This document shows positions 13,101 to 26,921 of a stretch of DNA of 64,000 bases, one piece after another. Positions within the stretch are counted from its first letter, which is position 1, and each line of letters begins with the position of its first letter. Origin of the DNA: Cenococcum geophilum (taxonomy: Eukaryota); assembly GCA_050273025.1 (NCBI GenBank), contig CP158635.1:4836001-4900000 (forward strand), given 5' to 3'. Made by a program: the position numbers and the translations under genes. The notes below the pieces were generated by a model. It ran no database searches and had not been told where the DNA came from. It saw only the letters and a list, made by a program, of their open reading frames with translations.

Positions 13101-16100
13101 AACTCTAGTAGTGTTATTTTCCGACTATAATATGCTACTAGGTGCCATCTATCCTAATGTTTTTATATAAAGTATGCCCCTAGTATATAGTCTAATATAT
13201 CTATTTCTATAACCGTTTTTAGTCCTAGTTAATAGATCTTAAAAACTAGCTCCTAGGTAAATAACTCTTTAACTTTTTTAAAGAGTTCTCGCTGTTCCTC
13301 TCCCTATACCTATAGTTCTTCTTTCTTTATTAACCGCGTAAATGGCTTAATATCTTTTAACTATTGCGCTATAAACCTCCTATAGTAATTACAAAACCCT
13401 AAAAACAATCTTAGCTGTATAACGTTCTCTAATTCTTACTAATTTACTATAGCCTTAATCTTTTTTAGATCTATACTAAGTTGGCTTAGTTTAATAATAA
13501 ATCTAACAAAATTGGTCTTCCTAGTAAAAAACTCGCATTTTTTAATTATTACTAGCATCTATTCTTCCTATAGTCTCCTTAAGACCCATTTAACGTATTC
13601 TCCATACTCTTCCTTAGTTATTAAGTAGATAATAATATTGTTAAAGTATACTATAACAAATTTATTTAAGTGTTCTCCTAATATGTTGTTAATACGCTTC
13701 TAGAACATTGCTAATACGTTTATAAGCCTAAATTATATAACTAATAGTTTATATAGTCCTTCCTTTAACCTAAAGGCTACCTTTTATTTGTTGCCTTTCT
13801 TAATCCTAATTTAATAATATGCCTATCTTAAATCTATCTTTATAAAGATTTATATATTGCCTATTCTGTCTTAGATTTTGCTAATTAAGGGTAAAGGATA
13901 CCTATCCTTTCTAGTAATACTATTTAACTATCTATAGTTAATATGTAGTCTTAGTTTAATATTCTTCTTTGGTATAAATAGTACTAGATAACCCGCTAAT
14001 AACTGCGATAGTCTAATATATCCCTTTTATAAGTTTTCTTAAATAAACTCTTTTAGCGCTCTACCTTCTTCTTTAGTAAGCTTATAGATTGGAAAGAACC
14101 TTAGACTTATTCCTAGTTCTAATTCTATTTTATAGTCCTATACTATATACTCTAACAGCTTCTCGCTTTTTAGTAACTATAGTTTCTTGCTATACTTATA
14201 GTATTTCTTTAGTACGTAACTTAGTCCTTTTTCTATTTCTTTATAGATCGCCCCTACTTAGTACTATACCATCTTAGCTTATTATTACATTTTGCGTTAT
14301 TAAGTATCCCTAATATTAACCTAACCTATAACCTAATCGATCTTTAGATTATATTCCTATAACTAAGGTATCTCTAATACTGCCTTATTATTTCCTAATA
14401 GTAATATATTAAAAGACATCTTAATTTATCTCCCTTTAATAGTTAACTATATAGGTCTGGTTTTAAGATTAATAATACCTCCTCCATAGGCTATCGGATC
14501 TCCTAAAATTGTCACTAATAGGTAAGGATACTCCTTTTTCCTATGTGGTAATCCTATTCTTTTAACTGCTGCTAGTAAGATATAGTTCCTTATTACTCCA
14601 CTATCTATTAATACTTTAAACTACTAATCTTACCATTTAGCTCGTAAATTTAGGTGTTATCCTTAAATTCCTTTAAGGGTTTAAGGCTCTACTACTAGTT
14701 CCCTCTAGTCCTATAGGCCTCTACTTTTCCCAACTATTAGCTGCTTAATTCTATTTATACTTAGTCTACCTTTAGCTAATACTTAGTTCGCTTTTTATCT
14801 TTAATATATTATAGACATATATTTTTTAGGCATTCCTACTACTATTATCCATCTAGGTATTCTTCCGTAAGGAATCTTCCTAGCTAAAGTATTAAGTTAC
14901 CTAACTCCTAAACTTCTACTAGATGCCAGCTATACATATACTTAGCGTTTTAATACCTTTATTCTTTTACTAACTAATATATTCTTATAGGGTATTTCCA
15001 ATATTTATCTTTTGGTGCTCTGTATATATTATATATATTATTTACGCATATAATCTATACTAATATATAATATACTTAGTGCTTTAAGTTAACTCTTAGT
15101 TTATCTTTATCCTTAAGTTTAAACCTTTATTATATTAATCTAAACGTTGCAACTTTATTTACAGGTACTAAGATACGCCTCTTGCTTTTCTAGTCCTCTA
15201 AATACTCCTCTAGATCTTTTAATATTATAATTAAGGCTCCCTTAATATGACTTATCGCTTTTTCTATAATCGGGTGGTCTTAGATAACATTCTTGTTTAA
15301 CCACATATAGAAATCTTCCTACTTATTATTATGCCTTTACCTATACCACTTTTAGTATAGCTGCTAGAGTATATACGGTTTATTTATAAGGAAGTATCTT
15401 CTTATTACTACGTCGTAACAGCCCTTTATATATCGTTTCTTAAACCTAGTTAAAATCCCTAAATCCTCTTCTTATTCTAGTTTAGTAAGCCACTTAGCTC
15501 TTAGTATGCCTGCTTTAGGCCTATTAGTAATTCTTTATACTAGTGCTCTATCCCTTATACGTCCTAATATGCTAGATCTCTTATCTAGTTTCTATTCTTA
15601 CCATAAGGTAATCCTTACTCTAAACTCCTCTATAGTTTCTTTCTTTTCGCGTCTTATAAGCGGATCCTTAAAGTCTTCTTACTTCTTAATCTTAGTATTA
15701 GTCTTCCAATCTTTAGGCTAAATGCTGTGTTCCCCTAGTAGGTCCTCTAGGTCTATCTATCTATCTCCTAGTCTAATTGCTATTTATACCGCAGATTCTC
15801 TAATCTAGTTAATGGTTCTTATTTATGTCTTAAAGTCTTAGTTCTATAGGATTCTTAATCCCAAGCTTACTTCTAACTTAAGCTTTACCCTAGCCTTAGT
15901 CCAACTAGGCTTACTTAGTATTCTTATCTCGTCTTAAGAGTCTTAAATCTTACTTATCTTATCTTAAGAGTCTTATACCTATAGGAAACTCTATCCTAAG
16001 CTTATTTATATATCTTTAAACTAAGCTACTACCCTACTCTATTAGTTTCTATCCGTTATGGGTCCTTAGGTTTACCTTATCTTGTCTTAAGAATCTTAGT

Positions 16101-18127
16101 CGTCTTTTATCTCATCTTAAGAGTCTTAAGCCTTTGGCTTCTTGCCTTTATTAAGTACTAAAGTGGCTCGCTATCCTACTTCTCTTATATCTCGTGAAGT
16201 AATAGACATTGTATCTAGCGGGGTCTTAATCCCTACTAATATTCCCTATTCTATAGTGGAATTATCCTCTACCTCTATTATAACATCTTTAAGGTCTATA
16301 TACTCCTAATAAGCTGCTTTCATTGCCTTATTATTATAGAATGTTTCGCCTACGTTAAATTTATCGTCCTTAATATCCGATCTATAAACTAGTTTATTAG
16401 TCCCTTTATATTCTAAGGATTATAGCTCCTATAGCCAATAGCTTGCGCTATACTTAGCGTCTTTATAAATTTAGTATGCGTTATTATAATAAAACGTAAA
16501 ACTTCTAATTAAACACTCTTTTGTTCCTTATAGTATACTATCGCCCCTCTATACGTATATATCTTTTACTAGTTAGGTTCCCTTTATTATATAGTAACTC
16601 TAACTATCTTTATAATCCCTTGCGAAATAACCCTATTTTCCGCAATTTATATAAGCTCTATTTTTAAACTATTAACTTTGCTATAGAGTCCGCCTAAACG
16701 TCTTCTACTACTAAGATCCCTAGTTTAGCCTCTACTCCTTAGTCCTATAATTACTAGATCCTTAACCTTTAGGTTTTTACGGTTTCTTACTCCATCTCTT
16801 ATAGGCTTCTTTAGTACCACTTAGGTCTATTAGCTCTACGCTATACTATAGTTTCTAACTTAGCTTTAGTTAATGCGTACTCTACGCCTTATACAACTAT
16901 AGAACTCTATTCTAACCTTTTTTAGCCTATTCCCTTTAGTAAATCTAATTGTTAATCTTAATTACCTAATCTATTAAATCCCTTAGGGTATCCGTATCTT
17001 CCATTAGGATAATTACGTCCTAGACTTTAGCCTTAAGTCCCTACTTATACTATGCTATAAGCGCCTTATTATTCCACTTAACTTATATTGCTAGCGTTTA
17101 GAACTATATTATATACTTAATTACTAAGGTTTACTGCGTAATATCCTAGAGTTTTCTTTCCGCTATAGTTACTGCCTCTAGGTCTCTAAACATTTACATA
17201 AGTTACTCTATAAACCCTTCCTAGCTTAAAAACATAAACTACACCTCTTAATTAGTGGTTGTTATTCCATTTACCTATATTTCTATAAGGTAAAGCTTAA
17301 ACTACTTAAGTGCCCTTCTTAACAGGAATAGTCCTATATAGGCTATTCGATCTATAGGTGTTAGTAGCTTTACCCCTTCTTACGTAACCTTAAAGTGCAT
17401 TTATATAAGGAATCCTTTAAGCTTTAATCTTTCTCTTAAGTACCTTTTAATTAATAGTAACTTAATCCTTACCGCACCTATCCTATTAACCCTTTTTTCC
17501 ATTACTACATTATTAGCCATTAACTAGTCGATTATCTCTTATAGCTGTCCGACCGTTACAGGTTATTAAGAATTAGTGTCCGCTATACTGGTATCTCCTC
17601 CTGACCTTAAAGTAGTTGCTGCCGTCGATAGCGTTATAGTAGCTGCTTTTGGTGGCATATTATTTGACTTTTTATACTTATTACCGTAACTAGGTAGTGA
17701 TTATATAACGGAACTTTATAGCAAGAACTACAGTAGGCTTATTAATGGGCTAGGTGTATAGGTAAAGTAAGTTAAAGTTAACAGTGTAATAATAATTGGT
17801 GGAGTGGTTACCTAATAGATTAACTCTAATTGTATTCTAAGAATTACTACAAAGAAGGAACTATCTAGGTAGGGACTAAGGGTCCTTAAATACACAACCG
17901 TACTCCTATAAAATCCTTCTTATACGTAATATACGTGTGCTCTATCTGCTCTGTTACGGATTACACGGATCGTATAGATTATATAGATTACCCTACGTGA
18001 CCTCAGTTACCATTCCTCGTTATATAGTTCTACCGGTTCTATCCTAGACTGTACCTGAATTAACTAACTAGCTTCTTCCGACTCTTCTCTAAGTAGTCGT
18101 AACATTGTACTTAAAGCGTCCGTAATA
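10178..18127 (-). mobile_element. Full-length Gypsy LTR retrotransposon family 'B', copy B1, RIP-degraded; LTRs 10178-10601 and 17704-18127
   Basis: Two 424-bp direct repeats; 5-bp TSD aaata; purine tract on the minus strand next to 10601; minus-strand gag (MPPKAA start near 17659), RT, RNase H, integrase and chromodomain relics; colinear with B2 and B3. Confidence 0.95.
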
Positions 18128-18168
18128 AAATATATACGCTCTATAGCTACTACCCTTATTCCGTAACA

Positions 18169-19292
18169 GTCTTCTATAGGTATTATTATATTTTAAACCT
18201 TAGTCTTTAGTCCTTATTAATACTAAGCTATTAACGCCTTCTGGTCCCACTTAGTCTAAGCTATTAGTATTTAGAACTCTATTATATAGTCTATTACTAA
18301 TCTCTTTTACGTAAGCTAAAAAAGCTTCCCTTTTGCTATTACTATTAATTCTAGATCTCTATATATCTATATAAGTCTACTAGCGAATTTATTCTAGCTT
18401 AAGAATATATACCGCGCTTTTAAATTAGTAGTAGCTAACCTATTAGCTTATATCTCTATAAGATAGGATTTAAACTATTTTAGTGCCTACCCTATTAAGA
18501 ACAATCCTATATACGCTACTTAATCGCTTAATGTTACTAGCTTAGTCCCCTTATATAGTATCTTTATTCGTATCTATATAAGGAATCCCTTTAACTTATA
18601 TTTTTCTCCTAAGAACCTTTTAATTTACGGCATTTTAATCTTTTCTCTTTTTATATCCGCTATTTATTAAAGTAGTGCCTAATTATTAGTATTATTCTAC
18701 TTAACGATACTTCTTAACTAGTTTATTATAACTACTTATAAGTCTTTATTGTGCATATTAGTATCTCCGCCTAATCCTAAAGTAGTTACTACTGTAGATA
18801 GCGTTACAGTTATTACTTACTTAGGTAGTATATTATTTAACTTCATTTTACTATAACCGTAGTAGTAAATATATAATAAAGCCTTGTAGGAAATACTACG
18901 GTAGACTTATTAACGGGCTTAGTATATAGGTATAGGTTAAGTTAATAAGTAAATATAACTAGCAGAGTAGGTTGCCTAATAGATTAACTCTAATTATATT
19001 CTAAGATTTACTATAAAGAAGAGAACTATCTAGGTAGAGACTAAGGTCCTTTAAATATATAATACTACGCTTAAGAAATGTACTAAGTACGTTAGTACGT
19101 TAATATGTTAGTATGTTACATTCCTACGTTCCTATATTTCTACGTTCCAAACTTATAACGTAACTAGCTATATAACTCGGCTACCCTTTATCCTATAGCC
19201 TAATTGGTTCTAGAGCCTTCTATACTATTTTAACTAACCCATTTATATCTCTCCTTAGTAGTGCTACTACTAGTAATATAAGGTCCGTAATA
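18169..19292 (-). mobile_element. 5' LTR (18872-19292) and gag start of Gypsy 'C', a diverged relative of family B, interrupted by element A
   Basis: The LTR shares blocks with B LTRs (gttgcctaatagattaactctaatt, actatctaggtag). 18169-18850 aligns by eye with B1 gag at 17060-17690. Confidence 0.8.
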
Positions 19293-21705
19293 TATATTAA
19301 TCTCTTTTTTATATATATTTAGTAGGCTAGGGGTTATAGAGATTAAGGTAACTATTATATAGTAATATGCTTTTAGAAGCTAGTAAAGAAATAGGTGCGA
19401 CTAATATACGTTTTTATAGATATGCTTGCATTAAGAGTATATATAGCTCTATTTAAATAAGGCCTTAAAGGCCTATAGACTACTTATAGCACCCTAGCTT
19501 ATAGATATAGCTAAAGCATGCCTTGCTATAGGCTACTACTCGCGACTTAGAAGATCTATAATGACGGTTATCCTATAAAAAGAAGGTAAAGCAGATTACT
19601 TAACCCTAGAAAGCTACCGCCCTATTGCCTTAGAAAACACCCTTAATAAGATTTTAAAAAGGGTAATAGCGGACTATATAGTAGATACGGCTAAGGAATA
19701 CGCCCTACTACCATAAAGCTAAATAGGGGTAAGAAAGAACTACTTAGCACTATTAGCACTTACGCTACTCGCTATTACTATTAAATCTATATAGGTGATG
19801 CGAAGGGACTTTGTAGTATTAATGCTTAGCCTAGATATTAGTAGTGCCTATAATAACATACCCCACAAGCGTCTCTTATATATCCTTGGGGCAAAGGGTT
19901 TCCTAAAATAAATTATATAATTTATTTAAGAGTTTATAGGCTAGAAAGAAACATTACTGGCCTTTAGCAGATACTAGAGCCCCCCTATCGCAGTTATAAT
20001 AGGAATATTATAAGGATTATCCCTCTCGCCTATACTCTTCCTTTTCTTTATAAGTAACCTACTTAACTTTTTTAAGAAAGGGGCGACCTAGGGGATAGGC
20101 TTCGTTAATAATATAAACCTAATTATATACGGGCTAACAGCCGTAGGGAATTGCAGAATACTAGAGAAAGCCTATAACACCTATATAGAATAGGTAAGAT
20201 AATATAGAGTCTAATTCTTACTAGAGAAATACTAGCTAATCTATAGATCTCTAGTATGCAATTTATATCTAAGGCTTTAGGGGTTAACTAGTTTAGGGCC
20301 TAAGGGTACTAGGAGTATAGGTAGATAGTAAGCTCTAGTAGAGCGTATATACGGCGTAAACGGCCTATAAGAGCTAAGTATAGTATATTATATTATCTAG
20401 GATTGTTAATTCTATATAGGGTCCATGCTTCTAGAGGTCACGCCTACTATATATAGTAGTTATCTAGCTAACTATAACGTATAGGTCCAGTATTTGGGGC
20501 ATTAGAGAAACTAAAAAAGGCCCCCCTAAATCGCTCCTTAAATTACTTTAAAAGGTCTAAATAGCTTACCTTTAAAGTATTATAGGCGGGTATAAGCAAA
20601 CGGCTACAGCACTACTCAAGAAGGAAGCTAATATTCTCCCCTTATAACTATATATTAAAGCTACTGTAATATAATAAACGTAAAATAAACGTAACTCTAA
20701 TATTATAAAGTATACTAAGATACGCCTAAATAAACTATAAAGGGACCTTAGGGTGCCCTATAGGAGAATAAACTAATAACCCTAAAGTAGGGAAGATATA
20801 TTAGAGAAATAGGTAAAGAAAGTAGAAGAAAAATAGTGCTGCTTTAGGGCCCAGGCCTATATAGAGGAGAAAGGGAGACGCGTAAGAGGCTAGTAAAGAT
20901 ATTAGTAAGAGAGAGAAAGGAGCTAAAGTAGAGCATAAAAGAATACTAGGAAACTATTTACCGTAATATAATACTAGTTAGACTAACGCTAGAGAAGCGT
21001 ATAGGAGTTAAAGGTATAGAGGCTAACTTAGGCAAAAGGAACCTAAGCTATAGTATAGTTAACGCTATAGGGGGTAAATACCTAAGGGCTCTAAAAAGGC
21101 CTAATAAAGGCAGAAAATATAATAGCGATACTCTTAAGAATAGGAATAATAGGACTAAAAGACTGGCTCTACTAGGCGGGTGTCCTAGTAGGTAGCCTAA
21201 GATTTAAATATGGCTGGCTAAAATAGATACCAAAACACGTAATACTATTATGCCCCTTAGACACTAAGAAGTAATGCTCTTAACAGCTAGTATAGAGAAC
21301 TATAATATACTACTCTTAATATAAATAGGCCTTAAGGCGGTTACCTAGTAGCTTATTAGCTAAAATATACTAAACTAGTTCCGGGTTATAAGGGAAATAG
21401 TAATAAAAGGCAAAGGGGCGAGCAATAGGCGCCCCCTAATAACTCTATAGTAGTAGAGTAAAGTTTATAATACTAGCGCGTCCGTAGGCTTATTACGGTA
21501 GTAGTGGTTCCTAAGGAGGCTAAAAAGTAGGGTAGTAAAGCACTATAGGCGACTTATGAGCGCTAAGTAGGCGCTAAGTAGGCGAGTTTTAAAAGGCGGG
21601 GGGTTTTCTTAAGTAGAGTTTTCTCCCTATATATAAATAAGGAGTAGTCCGCGTAGGCCTAATAGAGATCTAAATTGGACGTTAAGCAATAAATAATAAT
21701 ATATA
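19293..21705 (+). mobile_element. Tad1-like LINE (non-LTR retrotransposon), 3' part of ORF2, RIP-degraded
   Basis: YRPIALENTLNKIL at ~19615, LSLDISSAY at ~19825, GLSLSPILFLFF at ~20015 and a FVNN (FVDD) relic at 20101; A/T-rich tail aataaataataat at ~21688-21705. Confidence 0.88.
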
Positions 21706-21709
21706 TAGC

Positions 21710-24215
21710 TCTACTATAGTATACTTAATAGTTTTAGGGTTTTAATTACCTCCCCCCTAAGTATAAATAATCTACGCTAATACTAGAGGGTCTTTATAAA
21801 TACTCGCTACTAATAATAATAGGTCCTCTATTATATTTATAACCAGTATAAAAAAGGAGTATTCTAGCTATAGCAAATAGACTACTTTATTGGTCTTAAT
21901 ATCTATTAGAAGCGTATTAAGGGTAACTATTTAGAGGCATCTAGGGTCTAAAGAACCCTAGATAAATTATTTAGAACGGAAGCTAATTAATAGATCTGCT
22001 TTTGCGAGCCAATCCTATCTAAGAGCTATATTATAACTATTAAATAAGCTACTCTAAAAGGTCTAGGGGCTAATAGTATAAGGAGTACCCTAAGAGTCTC
22101 TAGTAGTAACTATTAGATTATAAGTATCCTAAATTATTATCTAGTTGCTATTAAGAAAACATATAATGGGCTTATATAAAAATAGCGCGTAGTATATTGG
22201 TAGGCTAAACCTATAAATAGTATCTTAGTTAATAAGGTTAATTTAACACCTATTATTATATAAGCAATATAGGCGGACTTTACCCTACGGCGTATCTATT
22301 ATAACGTATACTATAATATATTTCTTCTCTCCCTCTATATTAGGCCCTAGTTATAGTTTAAAAATATATATAACTAGAGCTTTAGGTTTTCTGAAAGCCG
22401 GCCTAACGTATCTTTACTAGCTTACTTCTAGTATTCTTTATAATAGCTACCTATAGGTCTCCTTTAACTTATATATATATAGTACTAGTATTCAAGTGGT
22501 CCTCTAAGCTATCTAGCTTTTAAGTAGTCTCCTTAGGAGTTTACTTAAGAAAGTATTACCCTTTTTAGGTTTTATTTCCTAAACCTAACTCTATAAAGCC
22601 TATATTATAACCAAGCTTTAAGCGTAAAGGTTTACTACTACTAACTACGCGATCTTCTATAAGCTTTATTATATTAAGCAGTTACTTTATATAGCGGATT
22701 TTAGTAAAGAGGTCTTTAGTAGTTTTTACCTATTTAATAAAGTTTTAGCGAAAGAGCTCTGCTTATAGGTAGGCTAAAAAGCATAAAAACTAAATATCTA
22801 CTTATTGCTTAGGATTAATAAAAGGGGTATATAAGAAGCGATCCTCTAAGCTATATATATAGGCTAGAAAGACGTTAAACCTCTAGTTCTTCTTAATAAT
22901 AGCTATATAGTATATAGTAGTATTATTAAAGTGTCTTACTATAGGGTTTCTAATCTAGTTTTAAACTATAGTCTTAAACTTATCCTATAGTAAAGGACCT
23001 TTTTCCTTAGTACCCAACCGTTAATATACTAGTTTGGCAATAATCTTTTCTTTTATAAGACCTTTAATAGCCTAGTACGTATATTACTTATAGTTATAGT
23101 TAGTGTTATTAACCTTAAATTGGTTCTTAACTACGGCGATCTACTAGTTAAAATACTATTAAGTAGTGCTACTAATATTAGGTAGTAACTTCTTAAATAT
23201 AGCGTTAAGATTTATTTAGTGTATATATTTACGATATAATTCGTCCTTTTACTAAAGAGGCGATAGGAGGGCTTTATTAAATTAATAACACTCTATAAGT
23301 TAGCTGTTTTCTTAGCCAGCTTATCTAGCTTTTTTTATATTAGTAGTATTTAGTAAAACACTAGTAACCTTACTAAGCTTCTCTTAAGCCTAGGTATAAG
23401 TTAAACTAGTTTTTAGCGTTTATAGATATCTAATTATTTTAAGGTTTAGAAAGTAGCTTAAATTCTACTAGTATAATTTTAGCGGTTTCGTCTATACTAA
23501 ATTCTAAGGCATTCTACGATTATATCGCTAGTGTATTACTATTAGGTATAGGTATTAGTCTTCTTTTTAAAGGTATTATAGAAAAATTAAACCGGCTGCC
23601 CTCCTGAGGGGATTAGAGGGGATTTAGATATAAAGTAAGAATATAAATAGGGAGTCCAATTAATAGAATAATAGGGTATATTATATAGACAGATAAATCC
23701 TTAAGGGAAAGGGAGGAGTTAATATATAAGGTAAGAAAGGGCTTTCCCTAGGTATATATAGCGTACGTACCTTATAGGTAAGTTATCCCTAGGTTATCCC
23801 TAAGTCGCCTATACCTTACGGCTATATAATTATCTACTTAAGGTTTTACCTAATATTATATTAATATAATATAATATAAGAGCGCGAAGAGGCTTTAAAG
23901 TAGATTTAAAGGAATAATATAAATTCTATTTAAATCTAGGGGTATAGCTCTTATAGAGAACAAGACGTTACGTAAAAAAGAGAAAGAAATAACGTAAGAA
24001 TCTTATAATTAAATAGTTAGGGGCCTTGGCGGTTAATACGTGCGTATACACACGTAGTCTTTAACGGACTTTAGTAGAATTTAATTAATCTAGCAGAACT
24101 TGGTAGGAATTAATTAAGCTGGCAGAATTCGGCAGAATTTAGTTAAAGCGTTAGGTTTCACCTGTCGAGTATTTCACCGAGACATTCCTACTGTAACTAG
24201 GCTAGTCCCGTTACA
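21710..24215 (-). mobile_element. RIP-degraded gag-like ORF with probable 5' LTR (LTR retroelement relic)
   Basis: Long minus-strand frame from ~23576 broken by TAA/TAG, with a gag-like segment (PLL*DKFKTIV*N*IRNPIVRH, compatible with de-RIP W-D-E-F-K...G-N-P). The minus strand begins TGTAACGGG at 24215, where AT-rich sequence ends. The inner LTR boundary is not resolved. Confidence 0.45.
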
Positions 24216-24842
24216 TCTTCCTATAAAACATTCACCGTTTTTAGGAGCTATGGGGCAAATCGAACAACCAGAGAGAAATATATTGCAAGTCGACATTACA
24301 TCGGTGTCGTTTTGGTTTCCAAGAATTGTTGTCATGATTATACTTAGCAATTTTAAATAGTGAAGTCAATGTTGTGGTCAGGATAAAAGATAACGTTTAA
24401 CGTTCCCAGAATGGGCAAAAGACATGTCAGGAATACAACTGCGAACATAAGTCGAGAAAGAGCAACTTTTGGATATTTTCATCAATTGCACTTAGCTACA
24501 GTGGAGCACATCCGCCATTCATTGGCATGCTGTCCTTCCCAGCTTATTGTCCGGGAAATAACTTAGCACAAAAACCCATTAAAGCACCAAGTTACCAAAT
24601 CGCCGCATCTGCGTAAGAAAAAGAATCTCCATAGGCAAAAGCTCCACAAAGAGTGACAAGGTGTATAGTTCAAAAAGCAGGGAGCCATCAACCAATGTCA
24701 GAACAATTACATAAACCAACGATGTGTTTTAGACATCTCCGACGAACGACTGGGGTCCATCCGGTTGTTTTGCTAAAATCCCAGAACCAAAGAGCGCCTT
24801 GGCAGCTAGCCGTGCTGTCGTAATAGTCATTACACAAGCTCG

Positions 24843-26921
24843 TTAGGTCCGCTGCGACTCTGGCAACCGTTGGAGTGCGGCTTCGACGTCCCTGTCGTCG
24901 ACGACAACGCCACTTTCAGAACATCGAGCCTTCGCGCGAAGCTCTGAACACAAGTTATCGATGTCAATGGTGCCGTCCTTGAATTCTGGCCGGCTCGCAA
25001 GTTTATCCCTGAGGAGAAGCTCGTCAGTACCGTGTTTAAATATAGATGTTGAGGTAACGAAAGTACTTACCATATCTTGTGGCAATTCAGCATTTGCGAC
25101 ATATCATCCCCAGGGACAACCTCGTCGTCTCCACCACCTTGCTGTCGCTCTATCTCTTCCAACGGATTCGGCTTGGGAATAGCTGGAGTATTATTGTCTC
25201 CGAAGTTGAAAGGACTTCCCAAGTCCGTGAAAGGGAAAGCATCGTTGAAGAAGCCACCAGTGAAATCTCCATCGCCCACGATGGCAGCTTGCGATTCGCG
25301 ATAGTCGCCAAAGAGGGTTGGATCAAATTGGCCGCCGTTCTGATTTGCTAGGAAATCAATACCATTGATATCGGTGGCAGGTGTTTTGGCAGCTGCAGGA
25401 GCTGGCGTGGCGTTAGATTGAGATACCGCACGAGGAACTGGATTGCGTGGATTGCCGCAGGCCATATTCAGCATCTCACAGAAGGTGACCTCACCTTCCG
25501 AATTTCCATGACATATATAACCTTCACTTATTGTATCTAATGGGTTGTCACTGGGCTTTCCAGAACTCGGCGAATTGTGGCTCGGCTCTGGGGATGTCCC
25601 ACATGATGAGTTTTGACCGCCATACTGAGAAACGGACGATGCAGATGGCGAATCGGAATTAGAGGATGAAGATCCACTGTTGAATTGGAACGCCCGAGAA
25701 GGCGTCGCAGAACTATCAGTGCTGCCACGATTGGACTGAGTTTTGGCAGGCATGTTATAATCGAATGGCGAGCTAGAACTGAGACCATTGAGCAAGGATG
25801 GGCTAAATAATCCATTTAGGTTGCCGGATCCTGTTGTTTGGATTCCGTTGGCACCATTTGAAGTGGTGTTTGGGTTCTTCTCGGGGGAATTGGCAGATGA
25901 ACCATTAATCGAACTCCTCGGACTTATACTGTGCCCGTTGCTGTTCTGCCGCACAGGAGCACCTGGAGCACCTGGAGCGCCGCTCACTGACGGCTTGTTG
26001 GTGATTTTTGCCAGTGGCCCGTTGTCAAGAATGTGAGCACCTGGCAGACCACCAAAGCGAGGAAATTCGAATTGGAAATTATTCGCAGTAGTGCCATTTC
26101 CAGTCAGATATGAAGAAAAGCTGTTAGTGCTTGATGGTGACCGGCTTACGGCAGTGCTGTTGAGCGACAAGCGCTTGCGGTATTCGCGAAGCTCAGTCTG
26201 TAACCTCTGGACTTGGGCACGGAGGAGACCATTCTCATGATTTGCAGCGTCGGAAGCCTTTTCCAGCTCGGAAACCTTGACTTCAAGATCTTTGAGATGT
26301 TTCTCCTTTCTCTCTCTAAAAGCCCTTTGAGCTGCCCGATTCTGAGCCTTGCGTTTCTGGTATGCTGTTAGTTTACTTTTTTCCTAAAAAAAAAAATTTG
26401 TAAAATCGTACAGTTGTTGGTTCAGAAGTCAACGGCTTTCTGCCTGGTTTCTTCGCAGTCTTATCCTCCGGTTCTCTTCGCTTCCCACCACCATCTGGAT
26501 CTTCAGTGTCATCTTCAGGACTCTTCCGTTTATCCGTAGTCTCGTTATCTCCTTCAAATTGCGAATTATCACCAGGAAGCCCGCCAATCATTAGGTCGCC
26601 ATTCTCACCATTATCGAAATCGAAGCTACTGTCACCATCGAGATAGTCGACGAATGGGCTCTCATTGAGGTTGAATGCATCAAAATTAGATGCAGGCGTA
26701 GTCTGCTGAGGTGACGCGAAGAAGGTCAAATCTAGACTGTCTACGGCTGGGTACTGAAGTTGGGGATTGCTAGTCGAGCGCTTGGAATCGAGGCCATTCG
26801 AATACATGTTGTTTGTGCCGTTCTGATTTGATGCGAGAGCAGCAAGAAGAAGGTCTTGTTGATTTGATGAAAGGTAAAGCTGAGGGTTTGTTTTGTAGTC
26901 GTTGGCTGAGGCGCCAGCCAT
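24843..26921 (-). CDS. yap1: AP-1-like bZIP oxidative-stress transcription factor (Yap1/Pap1/NapA); exons 26921-26412, 26356-25071, 25008-24843
   Basis: Spliced translation gives KPGRKPLTSEPTT-KRKAQNRAAQRAFRERKEKHLKDLE (Yap bZIP), n-CRD (SCGTSPEPS, FCEMLNMACG) and c-CRD (CHKIW-DKL...DIDNLCSELRAKARCSE); GT-AG introns with branch sites. Confidence 0.96.

Larger units (their letters stand above)
1..18168 (+). mobile_element. Gypsy/Ty3 chromovirus-type LTR retrotransposon 'A', RIP-degraded; 5' end outside window; gag-pol relic 1-~5245; 3' LTR split into 10021-10177 and 18133-18168
   Basis: Translation through RIP stops shows a zinc-knuckle relic near 1090, a protease motif near 1440, RT YLDD (tacctagacgat, 2651), RNase H (NYxIYxKELL near 3230), integrase and a chromodomain-like end. 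Polypurine tract agaagggggggtaa sits immediately before TGTTA at 10021; the LTR ends TAACA at 18168 once the inserted B1 element is removed. Confidence 0.9.

Noticed and set aside
14089..14277. Recurrent hydrophobic ORF MERTLDLFLVL... (also 50464-50652, 62754-62942) and MPALGLLV... (15506, 48879)
   Set aside because: Antisense to Gypsy B pol/gag; recurrence reflects the three copies, and hydrophobicity follows from RIP-driven AT richness.
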